From Deltaproteobacteria bacterium (lineage in GTDB: Bacteria > Desulfobacterota > Binatia > Binatales > Binataceae): a stretch of DNA of 64,000 bases. Positions 36,978 to 46,045 of the stretch are shown here, piece after piece. The notes below the pieces were generated by a model. That model ran no database searches. It worked only from the letters and a program-made list of their open reading frames with translations, and was not told the origin of the DNA. Position numbers and translations under genes: made by a program. The stretch spans positions 10,401 to 74,400 of the forward strand of contig DAHVFB010000004.1 in assembly GCA_027317185.1 (NCBI GenBank), read 5' to 3'. The stretch's first letter is position 1, and each line of letters opens with the position of its first letter.

Positions 36978-38623
36978 TAAAGGTCCAGTTGTTGCGCGCC
37001 AGCCGGGATTTTTATCGCGAGCAGATTGCCGTACTCGATAACGCGGCCGCTGCCTTTGCTCAACCGCCATGACGGAAAGTAATTTTGGTTGATCACCAGC
37101 ACGGTTGGGATGCTTGCGTTCACACGATAGCTGAGCGCATTTGGCGACCATCGCAGGAGCGTGACCGATCCGGAATCTATCAGATGTTGCTCGCCCTGGT
37201 ACCCGGGCTGGTTATAACCGATCACGCTGGTTGGAATCGCGGTGTACTCGTAGCACTGAATCGCGCCCTCGTTGGCGAGCCCGGTTCGCAGCATATTCAC
37301 GTAGTAATAGGGCGCCCGATACTGTCTGAAAGCCGCGTGATGAGTGATGCGTGGGAGCGGATAGCCGAAGGCGTAACGCAGATTCGGCGTGCTCACGATA
37401 AAGCCATCCGCCGTGCCTGCCACCAACAGCGCCACCGCGATGAGTTTTCCCCAGTAGTTGCGAAGGCTCCAAAGCAGGTCTATGCCGAAGCCCGCGAGCA
37501 CCGCGATCATCAAAACGAAAGGCATCAAAAGACGTGAGGGCAGGCGTTCCGAACGAAACATGGGCAGCCGATGGAGCACGGTCCACGGCGCGTGTGGCGA
37601 GATATCGCCAAGGGCGAGCAGGAACAGAATCAACGCCGCTACTGCCCACGGAATCGCCCGCCGCGGGCGAAACAGCCCGATGATCGCGGGCACCGTAAAC
37701 AATCCGATATAGGCGCCGTATTCATGAAATCCCCATCCCAGGCCGGCGCGCGCATGGTCCTGATTGTGGGAGAACAGCGCGATCATCAGGATTGAAAAGT
37801 CCGTCCAAAAAGGGCTGTCGATCGGACGGGGAAACCGTATGTAGAAGGCGATCGCCGGCGCCAGCTTGATGGCCACGAAGCCGAGCGAGAAAATTCCGGT
37901 CAGCAGTGTGGCCCACAGCGGCCATAGGCTCGTACTGAGCACTGCCCACGCGCCCATCACCAGCACGACGACGATCATCTGATAGGTTGCGGCGTAGACT
38001 CCGCCCTCGCCGACCGTGATCGCGACCAGCGCGCCGCCCAGTATCGCCCATGACAGCCGCCGCCGGTCCACCGCTAGCCATGCAAACGCCACGATCCATG
38101 GGGTATACATGAGCGGGACGAAAACCATGTGGCCCTCGGCGACGTGCAGAAAAAACCACGAACTGCCGCAGAAGGCGCATGCGGTGCATAGCGCGCCGAT
38201 CGGACGCATCCCCAGTACGCGTCCGAGCACATAGCCGCCGGCCCATCCGATCGCCAGATGGATCGGTACTTCGAGATGGACCCCCACGATCGGGCCGAAC
38301 AGCAGGCTCAATAAAAAAAATGGAGTGAAAAGGCGCGCTTGCGGATCGGCGAACAAGGGCACGCCGCCGCATTCATACGGGTTCCAGAATGGAAACTGAT
38401 GAAAGTGAACGATGCTGTAATATCCGGCCCAGACCGGGGTCAACGTGAAATCCCAATCGAACCGTACGCCGGCAACGGTAAGATTGGTCAAAATCGGCCA
38501 GCAGAATATTGCCGCGAAAGCGATGGCGCCGGCGGCTACGAGGGCCGCCTCGCGTCGACGCGAAAGGGTCCGCAGCGGCGCGGTTTCAGGTATGGTTTCG
38601 ACACCGCTCGACTGCCAACTCAT
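36878..38623 (-). CDS. large polytopic membrane protein (>12 TM; glycosyltransferase-C-fold or YfhO-like)
   Basis: 581 aa, very hydrophobic; family not resolved from sequence alone; 100-bp convergent overlap with the upstream gene suggests one of the two ends is mis-set. Confidence 0.5.
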   Translation of the reverse strand: MSWQSSGVETIPETAPLRTLSRRREAALVAAGAIAFAAIFCWPILTNLTVAGVRFDWDFTLTPVWAGYYSIVHFHQFPFWNPYECGGVPLFADPQARLFTPFFLLSLLFGPIVGVHLEVPIHLAIGWAGGYVLGRVLGMRPIGALCTACAFCGSSWFFLHVAEGHMVFVPLMYTPWIVAFAWLAVDRRRLSWAILGGALVAITVGEGGVYAATYQMIVVVLVMGAWAVLSTSLWPLWATLLTGIFSLGFVAIKLAPAIAFYIRFPRPIDSPFWTDFSILMIALFSHNQDHARAGLGWGFHEYGAYIGLFTVPAIIGLFRPRRAIPWAVAALILFLLALGDISPHAPWTVLHRLPMFRSERLPSRLLMPFVLMIAVLAGFGIDLLWSLRNYWGKLIAVALLVAGTADGFIVSTPNLRYAFGYPLPRITHHAAFRQYRAPYYYVNMLRTGLANEGAIQCYEYTAIPTSVIGYNQPGYQGEQHLIDSGSVTLLRWSPNALSYRVNASIPTVLVINQNYFPSWRLSKGSGRVIEYGNLLAIKIPAGAQQLDLYYFDWRFMLGAVETLLTIIAALLLWRGEIPWAR

Positions 38624-38721
38624 CGCGGAATGTTCGCTCCGGGATTGCTATTGTTGGTTTGCGCGATCAAGCGGATGGTCAGATTCGCGCTTGGCTGGAC
38701 AGCGGACAACGGAGAAATCGC

Positions 38722-40464
38722 ATGGTCAGAAGCTTCCTTCGCAAAGTAATCAAACTCGCGATCACGGCGATCGTGCTGTTCGTGATCGTGGCGGTGGTCG
38801 ACTACTTCAACCACCGCGTGCAGCCCAATTCGGTGTTGGTGCTCCAACTCGATGGGCCGGTAGTCGAACGTGGCAATAGCGGATTTGCGGGTTTGGTCGG
38901 CGAGCATGAAACGCCGCTCAACCGGGTTCGCAAGGCGCTGATCGATGGTGCTGCCGATGCGCGCATCGCCGGCCTTGCGGTTGAGATTTACGATCCTCAT
39001 ATGGAACTCGCCCAGGCGCAGGAGCTTTGCGCGATGATCCGGGACTTCGCCGGCCATGGCAAGTGGACCGCGGCCTATATGGAATCGGCGGGAGACTTCG
39101 GTCCCGGCAATACTCCTTATCTGGTGGCGAGCGCAGCCGGGAACATCTCGATGATGCCGCAGGGCGAATTGAATCTGGTTGGCGTCAGCGTGCGCGAGAT
39201 TTTCGCGCGCGGCACGCTCGACTGGATCGGTATCAAGCCCGACATGTACTCGATCGGTAAGTACAAGACCGCCGCCAATATTTTCACGGAAAAGGATTTC
39301 ACCCCCTCCCAGCATGAAGAGGATCAGGCGCTGGTGAGCGATATGTACGGCCAGATCGTGGCGCAGGCCGCGAGCCAGCGCCACATGAGCGCCGCAGCGA
39401 TCGAAGGTTTCGTCGATCAGGCGCCGATGACGGCGGAGCAGGGCTTGCAGGACAAGCTGATCGATCGTCTCGAGTACCATGATCAGTTCCGCGATCGAAT
39501 CAAACATCACGGCGGCAAGCTTCACCCGGTCCTCAAATATGAAGATTACGCCCGCGATTGGATTATCCCTTCGATTCGCCATAAGCCTCAAATCGCGGTG
39601 GTCTATGGAGACGGCGCGATCGCACGCGGGCAGGGCGGTTTCGACCCGCTGCTCTCGCCCGGCGGCACTTCAATGGGTTCAGACGAGATGGTCAAGGCTT
39701 TCAAAAAAGCGCGCGATGACGACTCGATTCGGGCGGTGATCTTCCGGATCAATTCACCCGGAGGATCGGTAATCGCCTCTGAACTGATTCGGCGGCAGGT
39801 CGAACTGACGGCCCGTCGCAAACCCGTGGTGGTCAGCATGTCGGGCTATGCCGCGTCGGGCGGCTATTGGGTTGCGATGCCTGCGAACCGGGTGTTCGCG
39901 GAACCTGGCACCATCACCGGATCGATTGGCGTGCTCGGCGGCAAGTTCAATATCGCGAGCGCGGCGGCCAAACTCGGAATCAATTCCGGTGATGTATCGC
40001 GCGGAGCCAACGTCAACATGTTCGATTCGTTCACTGACTTTACGCCGGCCCAGCAGCAGATCTTCACCAACCAGATACTCGGCAATACCTACCAGTTCTT
40101 CCTGAAGATTGTCGCTAAACAGCGTCATTTGACGGTTGACCAGGTCAACCAAGTGGCGCAGGGCCGGGTCTGGACTGGGGAGCAGGCGATTAAAAATAAG
40201 CTGGTCGATTCGCTCGGCGGTTTTGACGCCGCGCTGAATGAGGCCAAGCGGCTGGCCAAACTCGATCCCAAACAAAAGGTCGAGCTGGTTGAGTTGCCGC
40301 AGCAGCCCGGCTTGATCGACAGGCTCAGCGGCGAATCGAGCAACGCCAGCGTGTTGAGTCCGGCAATGATGCGGTTGCTGTCGCCAGCGATAAAGCTTGC
40401 GCGGGTCGCGATTCAGCGGGAGACGCTCGGACAGGCATACTGTCCGCTGACGCCGGCGCTATGA
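38722..40464 (+). CDS. sppA: signal peptide peptidase SppA (protease IV, 67K type)
   Basis: two tandem ClpP/crotonase-like S49 domains, catalytic Ser in SMSGYAASGGYW and Lys dyad. Confidence 0.88.
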   Translation: MVRSFLRKVIKLAITAIVLFVIVAVVDYFNHRVQPNSVLVLQLDGPVVERGNSGFAGLVGEHETPLNRVRKALIDGAADARIAGLAVEIYDPHMELAQAQELCAMIRDFAGHGKWTAAYMESAGDFGPGNTPYLVASAAGNISMMPQGELNLVGVSVREIFARGTLDWIGIKPDMYSIGKYKTAANIFTEKDFTPSQHEEDQALVSDMYGQIVAQAASQRHMSAAAIEGFVDQAPMTAEQGLQDKLIDRLEYHDQFRDRIKHHGGKLHPVLKYEDYARDWIIPSIRHKPQIAVVYGDGAIARGQGGFDPLLSPGGTSMGSDEMVKAFKKARDDDSIRAVIFRINSPGGSVIASELIRRQVELTARRKPVVVSMSGYAASGGYWVAMPANRVFAEPGTITGSIGVLGGKFNIASAAAKLGINSGDVSRGANVNMFDSFTDFTPAQQQIFTNQILGNTYQFFLKIVAKQRHLTVDQVNQVAQGRVWTGEQAIKNKLVDSLGGFDAALNEAKRLAKLDPKQKVELVELPQQPGLIDRLSGESSNASVLSPAMMRLLSPAIKLARVAIQRETLGQAYCPLTPAL

Positions 40465-40495
40465 TCGCACCCGAGGGCGCAAAGGGAAGACCACG

Positions 40496-40924
40496 ATGGA
40501 CCAGGAGCTTGAAGATTTTCTCAATCTGATGGGCGAGGCGGAGCGGGCCGGCGGGCGCGTGCTGCATGAACTCATCGATCTGGCGCAGTCCGCCGAACTG
40601 CGCGAGCTGCTGAAGAAAGTCGGTCACGACGAGGGTTACTATGCCGGTGAACTGGCGGGGCAGGTGCGGCGGCTGGGCGGCAAGCCGTCGAACCGCACTG
40701 GCGATTTTGTCGAAAAAGTGCGCGCGATCGCCGCGCTGCCGGATAAGCTCGCACTGCTTAATCGCGGTCAACGATGGGTGATCAAGCGAATCAACGAGAA
40801 GATTCCCGCCATCCCGGATGAGAACCTCAAAGCATTTTTAACGGTGATGGCGCAGGGGCACGAGCTCAATATCGGCGCACTCGAAGAGGCCCTGCGCCGC
40901 GGTCTCGCGCAGGCGGAGCATTAA
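40496..40924 (+). CDS. four-helix-bundle hypothetical protein, PA2169/DUF2383-like
   Basis: 142 aa all-helical; layout L..LI...G....AEL..L.....E.YYA.EL...V..LGG resembles the PA2169 family. Confidence 0.4.
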   Translation: MDQELEDFLNLMGEAERAGGRVLHELIDLAQSAELRELLKKVGHDEGYYAGELAGQVRRLGGKPSNRTGDFVEKVRAIAALPDKLALLNRGQRWVIKRINEKIPAIPDENLKAFLTVMAQGHELNIGALEEALRRGLAQAEH

Positions 40925-42165
40925 CCTTTCGCCGGACGATCACCGCCTGCGGCGGGGCCGCGAAGCAAAATCTTTTCCGTATGCAGTTGCTCGATCTCAG
41001 CCGCGGAGAGGCCCAGCAGGTCGCGCATCACGCGGGCATTATCCTCGCCCACGCGCGGCGCCCGCAGATCGCTTTTTTGCGGCCAGCCTGAAAACTTGAC
41101 CGGCATGCCCGGTACGTCGAAGTTGCCGATCGCGCGATCGCTGGTGTGGCGTACGGTGTCGCGCTCGCGCAGATGCGGATGCGCCATCGCCTCTTCCAGC
41201 TTGAGCACCGGCGCGCAGGGCACCCGCTCGGCCTCGAGCTGCGCCAGCGCCGCGTCGCGATCGGGGAAGCCATTCAGCCACTTTTGAATGATTTCTCTAA
41301 TCGCCGCATTGTTTTTCATCCGATCGCGATTGGTGACGAAGCGTGCGTCTTCCTGCTCCGGCGGATTGCCCATCGCGCGCCATAACCGTGGCATCTCATG
41401 TTGCTGGACGATCAGAAAAAGGTAACCGTCGCCGGCGCTGAACACCCCGCACGGACTCATATTGGGATGCAACGCGCCGGTGCGCTTGGGCTTGTATCGC
41501 CCCGGCCGCAGCGCCACCACCGGCACGCTGATCTCGTGCATATGGAAATAGGTATCGACGATCGAAGCGTCGATATACTGACCCTCGCCGGTGCGCTCGC
41601 GATGAAGCAGCGCGAACCCGATCGCCATCGCGGCCGCGACCCCGGTAGAGATATCGCCGATCGCCATCGCGGGCACCACCGGCGGCCGATCAGGCTCGCC
41701 GATTAGTTCCGTGATCCCAGCATAGGCCTGCCCAACGTAGTCGTACCCCGGAATGCGGCTGAGCGGGCCGGTCTGGCCGGCCGCCGAGATCGAGCACATG
41801 ACAATTTTGGGATTGAGCTTTTTCAACGTCTCGTACCCAAACCCCATTCCGGCAATCACGCCCGGCGCGAAGTTCTCCACCACCACATCGATCTTCGGAA
41901 TCATTTGAAGGATCAGATCGCGCGCGCGCTGTTGCCGCAGATCGAGCGCCAGCCCGAGCTTGCTGTGATTATGCTGAAAATAGTAGGTGCTCATCCCATC
42001 GGCGACCACCCCGAAATTCCGCGTATGCTCTCCTTGCTCGCCGCGCTCGATCTTGATCACTTCAGCGCCCATTTCGGCCAAAATCCGCGCGCAGGTGGGC
42101 CCGGCCACGAAATGGCTGAAATCGAGTACACGATAGCCTTCGAGCATTCTCGGCGCTGATGCCAA
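40921..42165 (-). CDS. CoA-transferase family III (CaiB/BaiF)
   Basis: 414 aa; VLDFSHFVAGPTCARILAEMGAEVIKIE N-terminal signature. Confidence 0.88.
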   Translation of the reverse strand: MASAPRMLEGYRVLDFSHFVAGPTCARILAEMGAEVIKIERGEQGEHTRNFGVVADGMSTYYFQHNHSKLGLALDLRQQRARDLILQMIPKIDVVVENFAPGVIAGMGFGYETLKKLNPKIVMCSISAAGQTGPLSRIPGYDYVGQAYAGITELIGEPDRPPVVPAMAIGDISTGVAAAMAIGFALLHRERTGEGQYIDASIVDTYFHMHEISVPVVALRPGRYKPKRTGALHPNMSPCGVFSAGDGYLFLIVQQHEMPRLWRAMGNPPEQEDARFVTNRDRMKNNAAIREIIQKWLNGFPDRDAALAQLEAERVPCAPVLKLEEAMAHPHLRERDTVRHTSDRAIGNFDVPGMPVKFSGWPQKSDLRAPRVGEDNARVMRDLLGLSAAEIEQLHTEKILLRGPAAGGDRPAKG

Positions 42166-42183
42166 GCTGTAATCCTCCGGAAT

Positions 42184-42687
42184 TTATTGATGGGCCTTGC
42201 GGCCGCAATCGGCGCACATGCCGTAAAGTTCGAGCCGATGGTGGGTTAGTTCGGCGCCAAGCTCGCGCGCCACCGCTTCCTGGATCCGCTCGATACCTTC
42301 GTTTTCAAATTCGATTATCTTGCCGCAGCTTTCGCAGATGAAATGATCATGATGATGCTTGCCGGCCGCTTCGTAGCGGGCCTGGTCGCCACCGAAATGG
42401 CGCTCGGCGGCCAGCTTGCATTCGGTCAGCAACCGCAGGGTGCGGTAAATCGTGGCGTAACCGACGTGGGGATTGATCTTGCGGACCTCGAGGTACAGCT
42501 CCTCGGCGCTTATATGGCGGCCCTGATCGAAAAACACGCGCACGATGTCATCGCGTTGACCGGTTGATTTTAGCCCGCGTTCCTTAAGCCGCGCATGAAA
42601 CAGGCTGAGCCGCTGACCGCTCCGGCTGCTGCTTGAGCGACCGGTATTGGTGCGGCCCGGCCCCGTAGCTTGCTCGAGGCGTGGCAT
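42184..42687 (-). CDS. fur: Fur-family metalloregulator (Fur/Zur/PerR)
   Basis: wHTH (GQRDDIVRVF...HISAEELY) plus HHHDH and CxxC...CxxC metal sites. Confidence 0.85.
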   Translation of the reverse strand: MPRLEQATGPGRTNTGRSSSSRSGQRLSLFHARLKERGLKSTGQRDDIVRVFFDQGRHISAEELYLEVRKINPHVGYATIYRTLRLLTECKLAAERHFGGDQARYEAAGKHHHDHFICESCGKIIEFENEGIERIQEAVARELGAELTHHRLELYGMCADCGRKAHQ

Positions 42688-42697
42688 AAAGTTCCAG

Positions 42698-43033
42698 CTA
42701 TCCTTGTTCTGACTCGCCGTGTTCCGGCTCGTCCGATTGCGCTTCGTCCGGTTCCGGAGTCTGTAACAGACGGCGGGCGGCGGGCGAAAGATAGAGCGCT
42801 TCGAGGTCGCGATCGCGCAAAGCTTCGGCCAGCAGATCGATCTGATCGGCGACCGGCTGCTCGCGGTCGAGGATCAGAAGATCCTTCTCGCGCAGACGGC
42901 AGGCTCCGCCGCGGGCGCGATAACCCACCTCCCGCAGGATTTTCTCGCGCCGCACTTCCAGACCGCATCGTCCAGCCGCTTCGACAAGTTCATCGACCAG
43001 CCGCCCCATGCCTCTTGCCGCTTGCTCACTCAC
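42698..43033 (-). CDS. hypothetical protein upstream of and probably co-transcribed with fur
   Basis: 111 aa, acidic C-terminus; no family recognised. Confidence 0.4.
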   Translation of the reverse strand: MSEQAARGMGRLVDELVEAAGRCGLEVRREKILREVGYRARGGACRLREKDLLILDREQPVADQIDLLAEALRDRDLEALYLSPAARRLLQTPEPDEAQSDEPEHGESEQG

Positions 43034-43101
43034 GCGCCAGCACCCCTTGTTAAGCCCCCGCCACCCATGATATCGCGGTTTTTGGGACAGGATTCAAACC
43101 G

Positions 43102-43938
43102 GTGATCAAGACGATACTGGCTGGAATCGATACGTCCGAGCATTCGCGCAATGCCCAGACGTTTGCGTTCAGTCTCGCCCGGCGTTTGCGGGCCACCCTG
43201 TATGGTCTCCATGTGGTCGACATCGTTTCTATAGAGGGATCGGCTTTTCATGATATATCAGGTTCGCTGGGACTTGAACCCTTTCTCGATTTCTCCTCCC
43301 GCATGCGCGAGATACTGACCGAGCGCGGACGCTCCGCGCTGGAGGAATTCCAAGCGGCGGCGCATCGTCAGAATCTGCCTGCCGAGATCATCCTCGACAT
43401 CGGCATCGTCGCCAACCAGATCTGCGAACGGGCCAAGATGGCCGATCTCGTGATTATCGGCCATCGGGGCGCCGACGATCGTTTCTCGACCGGCCTGATC
43501 GGTTCGACCGCCGAAAGCGTGGCGCGAAAATCTCCGCGCCCGATTTTTATCGCGCCGATTCAGTTTCGCGAAATCCGCAGCCTGGTGCTCGCCTACGATG
43601 GCAGCGAGCGGGCGGGGCGCGCGATGCGATCGGCGGCGGAGTTCAGCGTCGAGTTGCAGGCGCCGCTGACCGTTATAACGGTGGCGCGCGATGCCAGAAT
43701 CGGCGAGCACACGCTGGGTGAGGCGCGCCGCTACCTCGAAAGCTATTCAGCGAAGACCAGCTTCGAACTGCTGACCGGCAATGCCCACGAGGAAATCGTG
43801 CGCTTTCTGCGGCAGTCCGGCGCCGATCTGCTGTTCATTGGCGCCTACGGCCACAGCCGCATTGTCGAGATGGTGCTCGGATCGAATACCGAGTACGTCC
43901 TGCGCAACGCGCCCTGCCCGGTTTTCCTGTCGCGCTGA
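43102..43938 (+). CDS. tandem-domain universal stress protein
   Basis: two UspA domains, the second with the ATP motif GSNTEYVLRNAPCPV. Confidence 0.85.
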   Translation: MIKTILAGIDTSEHSRNAQTFAFSLARRLRATLYGLHVVDIVSIEGSAFHDISGSLGLEPFLDFSSRMREILTERGRSALEEFQAAAHRQNLPAEIILDIGIVANQICERAKMADLVIIGHRGADDRFSTGLIGSTAESVARKSPRPIFIAPIQFREIRSLVLAYDGSERAGRAMRSAAEFSVELQAPLTVITVARDARIGEHTLGEARRYLESYSAKTSFELLTGNAHEEIVRFLRQSGADLLFIGAYGHSRIVEMVLGSNTEYVLRNAPCPVFLSR

Positions 43939-44240
43939 ACACAGCAGTGAGCGATTTGCGGGCGCGCTGCCGGCAACCGCGGATTTCTTGCGCGCCCATG
44001 GCGCGCAAGCCTGAACCTAACTGAAGCATCCGTTTCCGCTGAACCCTCCCGCACGATCCGATCAGCATCTCACGCATTAAAGTTCCCTGTTAGGCGGTTA
44101 TTTCAACACTGTTTTGTTGAAACGAGGGTGGCTACCTGTCTCAACCAGTTGCTTTGGTTCAACAAGGAGATTAGGTTCAATAAAAATTAAATCGTCAGAT
44201 AAAAATAGTTAACTAGATATATAGGGGGAAAGAGTAATTT

Positions 44241-44894
44241 ATGAAAAGCTCAAGCTGGTCTCTGTTGGGCATTCTTGTGTTAACAGGGTTTATCTCTACC
44301 GTGGCATCGGCGCAGCAAAACTCACTAATACCGCCGCAATGGATGGGGCAGGGGGCCGATAACGCGTCTGCGCAGGGCGCCACATCATCGCCGATCGTTC
44401 CGCTGAGTGGTCGTGGCACCGCCACGCTTGATCTCGTGCACTCTCATTCCGGAGCCTGCGCCGGTGTCACCTGTACAGCTAGCACGTGCGAGTGCGACGT
44501 CTTAAGCGGCAGCGTTACGACGACCAGGCTCGGCAAGTCGTCGCTGAACTTGAATGTCACCTCCGACGATACCGATTCTTTTGGAGACGGTAATGGATCT
44601 TGTTTCCCTGGCACCGGCGCCGGAACGATCTGCAACGCGCATTCATGTTTCGGCATTTTCACTACCGGTACAATCTGCACGGGCATCGTCAGCCAGACGA
44701 GTACAACTTCTGAGATAGACCTAAACGCGAACGAAACCTTTTACATCGTGAAATCCACCAGCACCGGCGCTTTTGCGGGATCTTCAGGCGGTGGAAACCT
44801 GCAAATTATTGACGATGTTCAATTAGTCAGCAGCTCGGTTGTCTCGAATAGCGGCTACACTTCGTTGAGTGGCGTCCTACAGGTGAGGCCATAG
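44241..44894 (+). CDS. secreted cysteine-rich hypothetical protein, paralog of the 18214-18759 cargo gene
   Basis: strong RBS AGGGGGAAAGAG; Sec signal ...ISTVASA/QQ; Gly/Ser/Thr-rich with 11 Cys; conserved GAC...CxC...TTxxLGK...SCxPF pattern shared with the other copy; AT-rich 200-bp upstream region. Confidence 0.65.
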   Translation: MKSSSWSLLGILVLTGFISTVASAQQNSLIPPQWMGQGADNASAQGATSSPIVPLSGRGTATLDLVHSHSGACAGVTCTASTCECDVLSGSVTTTRLGKSSLNLNVTSDDTDSFGDGNGSCFPGTGAGTICNAHSCFGIFTTGTICTGIVSQTSTTSEIDLNANETFYIVKSTSTGAFAGSSGGGNLQIIDDVQLVSSSVVSNSGYTSLSGVLQVRP

Positions 44895-45033
44895 CGAACT
44901 CCAGTCGCCGAGACTGACGCTAAACATCGCCGGCGATCGCTCACCAATCACGGTGAACGATTGCTGTTCACCTCTTCAACCCAGCCTCCGCGAGCGCGCA
45001 GCGGTTGCGCGGCGAATACCGTAGCTTCATTCT

Positions 45034-45564
45034 TTGGGGATGAGTCTGGTTCGCAATCCGATTCTGAAATTGGGGGTGGTTGACCTCGGAGTTGAAACCG
45101 CCACGCTGCCCAACGGGGTAACGCTCGATCTGGCGGTAATCCGCCATCCGGGTGCTGCCGCGATCGTTGCGATCGACGATACAGGCGCGGTCGCGATGCT
45201 CTCGCAATGGCGCCATGCGATCGGCGGATATCTATGGGAAATTCCGGCCGGAACCCGGCGTGAGGATGAGGATTCCCAAGGCTGCGCGCAGCGTGAATTG
45301 CGTGAGGAGGCGGGGCTGTCGGCGGCTCAGTGGCGGCGGCTTGGATCGATCGTCACGATTCCCAGCTTCTGCGACGAACGCATCGAGATTTTTATGGCGC
45401 GCGAGTTAAGCGAAGCCGAACCGGAGCACGATCCCGACGAAGTGATTCGCGTAATGCGGTTTCCCTTTGGCGAAACGCTAAGGATGGTGCATGACGGCGA
45501 TATCATCGACGCCAAGACCATCGTTGCGCTGCACTACGCGCAAAGCTTCCTCGAGGCCCGCTGA
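45034..45564 (+). CDS. NUDIX hydrolase (ADP-ribose pyrophosphatase-like)
   Basis: Nudix box GGYLWEIPAGTRREDEDSQGCAQRELREEAGL. Confidence 0.88.
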   Translation: MGMSLVRNPILKLGVVDLGVETATLPNGVTLDLAVIRHPGAAAIVAIDDTGAVAMLSQWRHAIGGYLWEIPAGTRREDEDSQGCAQRELREEAGLSAAQWRRLGSIVTIPSFCDERIEIFMARELSEAEPEHDPDEVIRVMRFPFGETLRMVHDGDIIDAKTIVALHYAQSFLEAR

Positions 45565-45600
45565 AGCGGACCTACTCAATCGCAATTAACGCTTAGCACC

Positions 45601-45627
45601 GGACGGCGGCTCCCGAAAACGCCGTCC
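45601..45627. terminator. 8-bp GC-rich hairpin GGACGGCG/CGCCGTCC between convergent genes
   Basis: read from the sequence; weak or absent U-tract. Confidence 0.3.
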
Positions 45628-45638
45628 ATCAAGCAGTG

Positions 45639-45839
45639 CTATTCGATCGCAATTTCATTCGGAAACAGAAATGTGGTGACGCGATCTTCAAACTCGACCA
45701 GGTACATCAGACGGCCGAGATTGTTGACCTCGCGTACGATTCGGGGATGTTCTTCGAAACGGGTGCGGCCCTGCTGATCTCGTACGGGCTTGAGCAACCG
45801 GCATCGACGCCCTACAAACTCTGTGTCTGCGTGGATCAT
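45639..45839 (-). CDS. DUF4926-like small protein
   Basis: about 66 aa from MIHADTEF with GAGGGG RBS; KPVRDQQGRTRFEEHPRIVREV...LVEFEDRVTTFLFPNEI resembles the DUF4926 family. Confidence 0.5.
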   Translation of the reverse strand: MIHADTEFVGRRCRLLKPVRDQQGRTRFEEHPRIVREVNNLGRLMYLVEFEDRVTTFLFPNEIAIE

Positions 45840-45891
45840 TATGCGCCCCTCACAGCCAGTTAGTTGAACTGGTCCAACCCCACCGGCCATG

Positions 45892-45900
45892 ATTATAGCA
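45892..45900 (-). promoter_or_regulatory. extended -10 promoter element (TGcTATAAT) for the DUF4926 gene
   Basis: perfect TATAAT with upstream TG about 45 nt before the RBS-preceded start codon. Confidence 0.35.
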
Positions 45901-46045
45901 AGTTTTAGTCCTGAGATTTAGACGTTCGATCGAGCTTCGATCTTCACCAATCCACTGTGATTGAGTACTGTCCACAGCCTGTGACAGGAGTTAGCTAACC
46001 GCACTCATTCGTGCAGTCAGGATTGGACACGGAGAAGCAACCTTA

